Part shown: one piece after another, positions 59,666-64,000 of the stretch
Position numbering within the stretch: the first letter of the stretch is position 1
How the letters are laid out: the number at the start of each line of letters is the position of its first letter
Origin: Takakia lepidozioides
Lineage: Eukaryota > Plantae > Bryophyta
Assembly (NCBI GenBank): GCA_030704615.1
Contig: CM060732.1
Coordinates: 49,972,001-50,036,000, forward strand
Direction of reading: 5' to 3'
DNA: 64,000 nucleotides
Notes under the pieces: generated by a model
The model's database searches: none
What the model saw: only the letters and a program-made list of their open reading frames with translations
Told to the model about the DNA's origin: nothing
Translations under genes and position numbers: made by a program

Positions 59666-59711
59666 ATGAGCCATGAGCCATGAGCCGCATGAGCCGCATG
59701 AGCGGTGAGCC
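59666..59711. repeat. Short tandem CATGAGC-type repeat between the two TE genes
   Basis: CCATGAG x3, then CCGCATGAG x2. Confidence 0.75.
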
Positions 59712-60485
59712 GAAGTCTAAGATACGCGGATTTCATGAGCGGACTCCTCCAAATTTGGAAATGCGGCAGATTAAACAAGTATTAAAATAATAGTTTTTTA
59801 TTTGACCTTGCCGTTTTTGGACGTTCCAGATCATGTAATGCGGCGAAGATATGTCGTCAGTAACAAGTCCGCTCATGGTTTTTTAGATCCGCTCATGGAA
59901 ATAAGTGACCGTGCAACGGGAAATCCAGTATACCACTGCAAAAGGACGTCGCATACTGGCCTGTATAGAGTATTCCGCGGTTTTACATGCCTTAACATTG
60001 GAATGAAGCTGACCCTTTTGCCGCGATTGAACCAATGGAGTCTGCACCAATACAGTCTGCAGTACTTCACAATTCTGTCTTCTTCGGGTATTCGGCGGGA
60101 AAGGTTTGCAACTGAACTGGGAAATAGGGTGCCGCATTAGGGTTCGCACGTGCGAAATTTCGGAGCGGTTTGGTGTTGGCGAAGGCCGCCTCTGGTACCT
60201 ACGACGATACTTGGAAATGCGGCGCCGCATTTCCTTGTCGGAGGTCGAATGAGGAAAGCAAGTTTTCGGAAAGCAGAAAAACATGAACCCTCCAACATAC
60301 AAAAATACATGCACGTGGAAACAAGTGAACGATATAGTAATATCTTAGTTCGAGCAAAACAGGTTACTGGTAGGCAAGACATATGTCGGACCTTTGTGTG
60401 GCCAGAGTCTGAGGTACTGGCAGCAGTACAGTTCTACTATCCGAAAAGGATGGGCGTACCATTGTATGTGGACCGCAAGCCAAGC

Positions 60486-63400
60486 TCACTGGTCCCCTGG
60501 ATCCATATTCAGAAGAGTGTGAACCTCCTGGGGGCTCAACCCTGGTGCATGTATGAAGTGATGAGTTGTGGAATTACAACGGAGTCTCTTTAGGTACACG
60601 TAGTACAAATGCTTGCAAGGGCAGTATGATGCCCCCTTGTTCGCCATGATCTGGAAGTCGGTGCAATTGCAGGTGGGTAATTCTGAAATGGTGATGGTGT
60701 ACACCTCATTGCGAACAGCTGAGCCCGCCGTGGCCATCTGATACACACGCCCGAATCCTGGTGGGGGCACTTCTGTCGAGCTCTGGATTGTACAGTTCAT
60801 CCGAAGTGCATTCCCCATCCTTGTCTCGTTCACTTTTGAGGGAGGTCGCCGCCTCTTCGGTTTCCCCCAACGGTGTGTAGGATGCTTAGAGCTGTCGTGT
60901 CCCATTGTTCTTGCTCTCACAGGGGTCGGTGGTGGAGGCTGTGGAAGCGGAAATGGTTCTCTGGGGACGTCAGTGCGCTGCACCATCCGAAATCCTGGCG
61001 GTAAGGGCGTCGGCCTCAACCTGACTCAGATCGCAGCCTGGTTCCACCGGCCACACCGGGGGAGCCTCTGGCATTGTTTGTATGCCGTACTTGGGCTTTC
61101 CATACACGCAAGTCATAATGTCGTGCCTGCAGAACCCAACTGGGTGGTTGTCGCCTCCGCAAACTTTGCATGGACAAATCTTCCTGTAAAAGTAGGAGCA
61201 GGGACAGCCCCATCTGGATTCCTCCTTATCATCTCTAAAAAACGTTGCCGTGTATCCACACGAATTGCGGAACACCTTCCTCGAAACGACGGCTTTGTGC
61301 GAGCAATTCTCCACTGTGATGCAGACACAGTCGTCTCCACAATGGCTTGGCCATACTGCATAACAGCGGGCGGAATGTGGGGCAAGGGAGCGGGTGGAAT
61401 TTGTTGCACGAAATCCCCGGTTGAAGGCGACGGATCTGGAATTTCTTGGGCTTCCACTGCTGGAAGACACATTGTGCGGCAACATGACGGGACCTCGAGG
61501 TGCTGTCCGAATGTTCCTGTCGGATCTCCAGGAATCCTCTTCGCACCCGGGTTCCTCTTCAATCCTCCGCCTGACAGGGCGAGTCCGGACGTCCCCCTCT
61601 AGGTGTTCACCTCTGCGGTGCAGAGGCGTCCCTTTGATCTTCTCTCGCAATGCTGTCGCCCATTTCACTGGATTCTTGGACCTCGAAGCTGTTCGTACCA
61701 ACAATTCCTCCCTGTCCGGCCCAAAGCCCCATTGTTTGCCGCTCAGGAACTTGTAGTACGTGGCTTGCTGCGTGATTGCTCTGTCGCCTCCGTCCGTCAC
61801 TACGTGTGCGGCAGAAGACGCTCGCCAGGAGGAGTGGACCGATTCTGCCATATTCGTGTTCGGCATGTCCGTGTCGGAATCCAAGCACCGCTCCTAGAAG
61901 GACACAAACAATGGTGAGGGACCAATCGAAATGTCCGTAACAGAAAGACAAATGAACGAAATTGACAGCAGCCTACCTCCCGCATGTACTGTCCGAACTG
62001 TCGATACCGAAAATGCCACCACCCCAACCAGCTGTGCAATGCTCCCAGATTGGTTGTCTCCACTGCACCTGACGTGTTCCACCAAGCCTCGATGATAGCA
62101 AACTTAACCTCCGCGTCATCAAATGTGGGTGCATCCTTCCACGCCGTACAAAGGACACGGTGTTCAGCCTGGAATGAGCTAGCAACAAATTTGGTAGTGT
62201 AGTGGGATAGACTCTGCATCCAATGGAATCCACAGGATCTCTCTTTCCCCTCCATTGGAACATTGGGGTCCTCACCGTACACACGCCGCACCGCTGCCCA
62301 GTTGGCCTGAGCGTTGTCTGCCATGAATCCCTGAAATTGGGCTCTGGCAATCCCGCCCTTGCCATCTGCTCGTTTATGCCCTCCCACAGATGCATCTCGG
62401 ACTGTGTGTCCTCCCCTTTCATCTCGCAGATTGCAATCGTCATGAGCCTCTTGGAGTGATAGTCATAAACATGCGCACCCATAGTCACCCACTGATGGTT
62501 TGTAATTCGCTTGATGTGATCAAACATCACCCAAGCATTCGACAAGTTTCCAGTTGTCATGCGAGTGACCAAGTCGACTCCACTCCCAGGCCCACACGTC
62601 GACATTTTGAAAATGTAACAACGATCGGATTCGCTGCCTTGCCCTGGAAACCTGCTACCTTGGATGTAGTCATATCCAGTCATTCGTTTCACCTCCAGGA
62701 TTGAGTACATGTCCGACCCCCTGCCGAACTCCTGCTTGCAAGATACGATGTGATTCCGCACATTCGGACTACAAACGTGCGAGACGGACTCCAAGAGGTC
62801 ACGCATCTCGTCTTCGGTCAAGGGCTCTCGGTCGGAACCATCTTCAGACATGATTTTGCCAAGAGCAATCTTGTGGGCTGCCTTCAGCTGAATCTGCTTT
62901 GGTCTGGCTCCGGGGCTCAATTTCACCTCCTCTTTTATGATGTCGTGTGCTTCCTGCACAGCCTCACGCATGTTGCCTCTCGCCAAGGGGTGGCAGTGGA
63001 CCCCAACGTGTATGCAAGCTCTAGTCAAGTCCGGGAGCAAATGGATACGTAATATTGCTTGGCTCTGCACATGGACATGCACGTCGGTGGTTCTTTGCAA
63101 TGTGCACACTTGAAAGAACCCGCAGGAGCTTGGCTGGAGACAATGAATGGATGATGCGTTGTGCCAGTCCAATCCGTCTCGTTTCTCCGCCCTCCTTTGG
63201 AGAGAAAGTGGAAGCAGGTGGGATTGAGGCACCTCAGCTTCCCCGCACAGAGGACATATCGTACACGAACACCATCAGCAATTTCGTGCTACTGGTCTTC
63301 GTCACACACCAGGGGTGTCCGTCATGCTTTCGATCCATGTCTGTTAACATCCCGGAGGCTTTCTTTGACGAAGAAACAGGTGGAAACTCGAAGATGACAT

Positions 63401-63874
63401 TGCCATCGACTTCGGGAGGCAGAAACGTTACCTTTCTGACTGGGAATTTGGCATAGTCGAGCAGCCAGCTCGGAGCGAGAACCATCGAGGTGATGTTGTC
63501 GTAGGAGCTGCACAATGGACCGGGTTGGAGTTATGCTCGAGGGCACATTCGTAGCACCTACAGAGACGTCCATGCCGGATTTGAACGACCGTGTGGAGGA
63601 CATGGGCCTCAATGCAATCATCTTCCTCGTCGGAAATGTCGAATACGTCCACACGAGAAGCTATGGAGGGTCTTGACGGTCCAGGTCGGGAATGATTATC
63701 GTTGCATACCTCTCTGTTGGCAGTGGCCGCCTCTCGGTTTCCGGACTCCTTTGTGGATGGTGTGGGCAGCGACTGATTCGGAAAGGGAATGGGCATTCCC
63801 ACAGCTCGGTACAGGATGGTGTCTGACGGGGGAACGTGCCATTCGATTCCGCAACCTCCGTCGTTACCTAGCAC
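60486..63874 (-). pseudogene. Mutator-like (MULE) DDE transposase with C-terminal SWIM zinc finger, frameshifted
   Basis: WVMFDHIKR (D), GFMADNAQAN (D), RSCGFHW (CxxH), NMAESVH (E), SWIM TCNCTDF...CKH. Intron 61976-61894. Frameshifts near 63235, 62335 and 61000. Confidence 0.8.
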
Positions 63875-64000
63875 GACAATGGTCTCGTCAACCTGTCCAG
63901 GAACATCCTTCCTTTCTTCTTTCCAAATAAACTGTGCCCGGTTTGAGCTTGAATTTGGAACAAAGGTAAGTTTCAGTCACTCTGCAAAGTCCTCCCTCGT

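Overview
Eukaryotic nuclear DNA from a land plant. Gene and TE content suggest a seed-free plant, probably a bryophyte (inference). About two-thirds of the window is transposon-derived. Left to right: (1) a decayed Ty3/Gypsy LTR retrotransposon (about 2.06-10.79 kb) whose single gag-pol frame reads Gag - aspartic protease - C5 cytosine DNA methyltransferase (DNMT3-like, motifs I-X) - RT - RNase H - integrase - PHD finger; the methyltransferase is split by a ~760 bp antisense foreign ORF; (2) a degenerate L1-type LINE plus two truncated relatives; (3) host genes: a DUF688-type protein, tRNA-Leu(CAA), a SETD9/C5orf35-like SET protein and a 9-exon WDR7-like WD40 gene; intron 2 of the WD40 gene carries a young RT-encoding LINE whose 16 bp target-site duplication duplicates the 3' splice acceptor; (4) an old full-length Ty1/Copia element with both LTRs, PBS, PPT and TSD; (5) a decayed Mutator-type SWIM transposase next to an accessory pseudogene that contains an FCP1/NIF-like HAD phosphatase domain. 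The strongest candidate system is the retrotransposon carrying both a DNA methylation writer and a histone reader. All family calls come from motif recognition by eye; no database searches were run.
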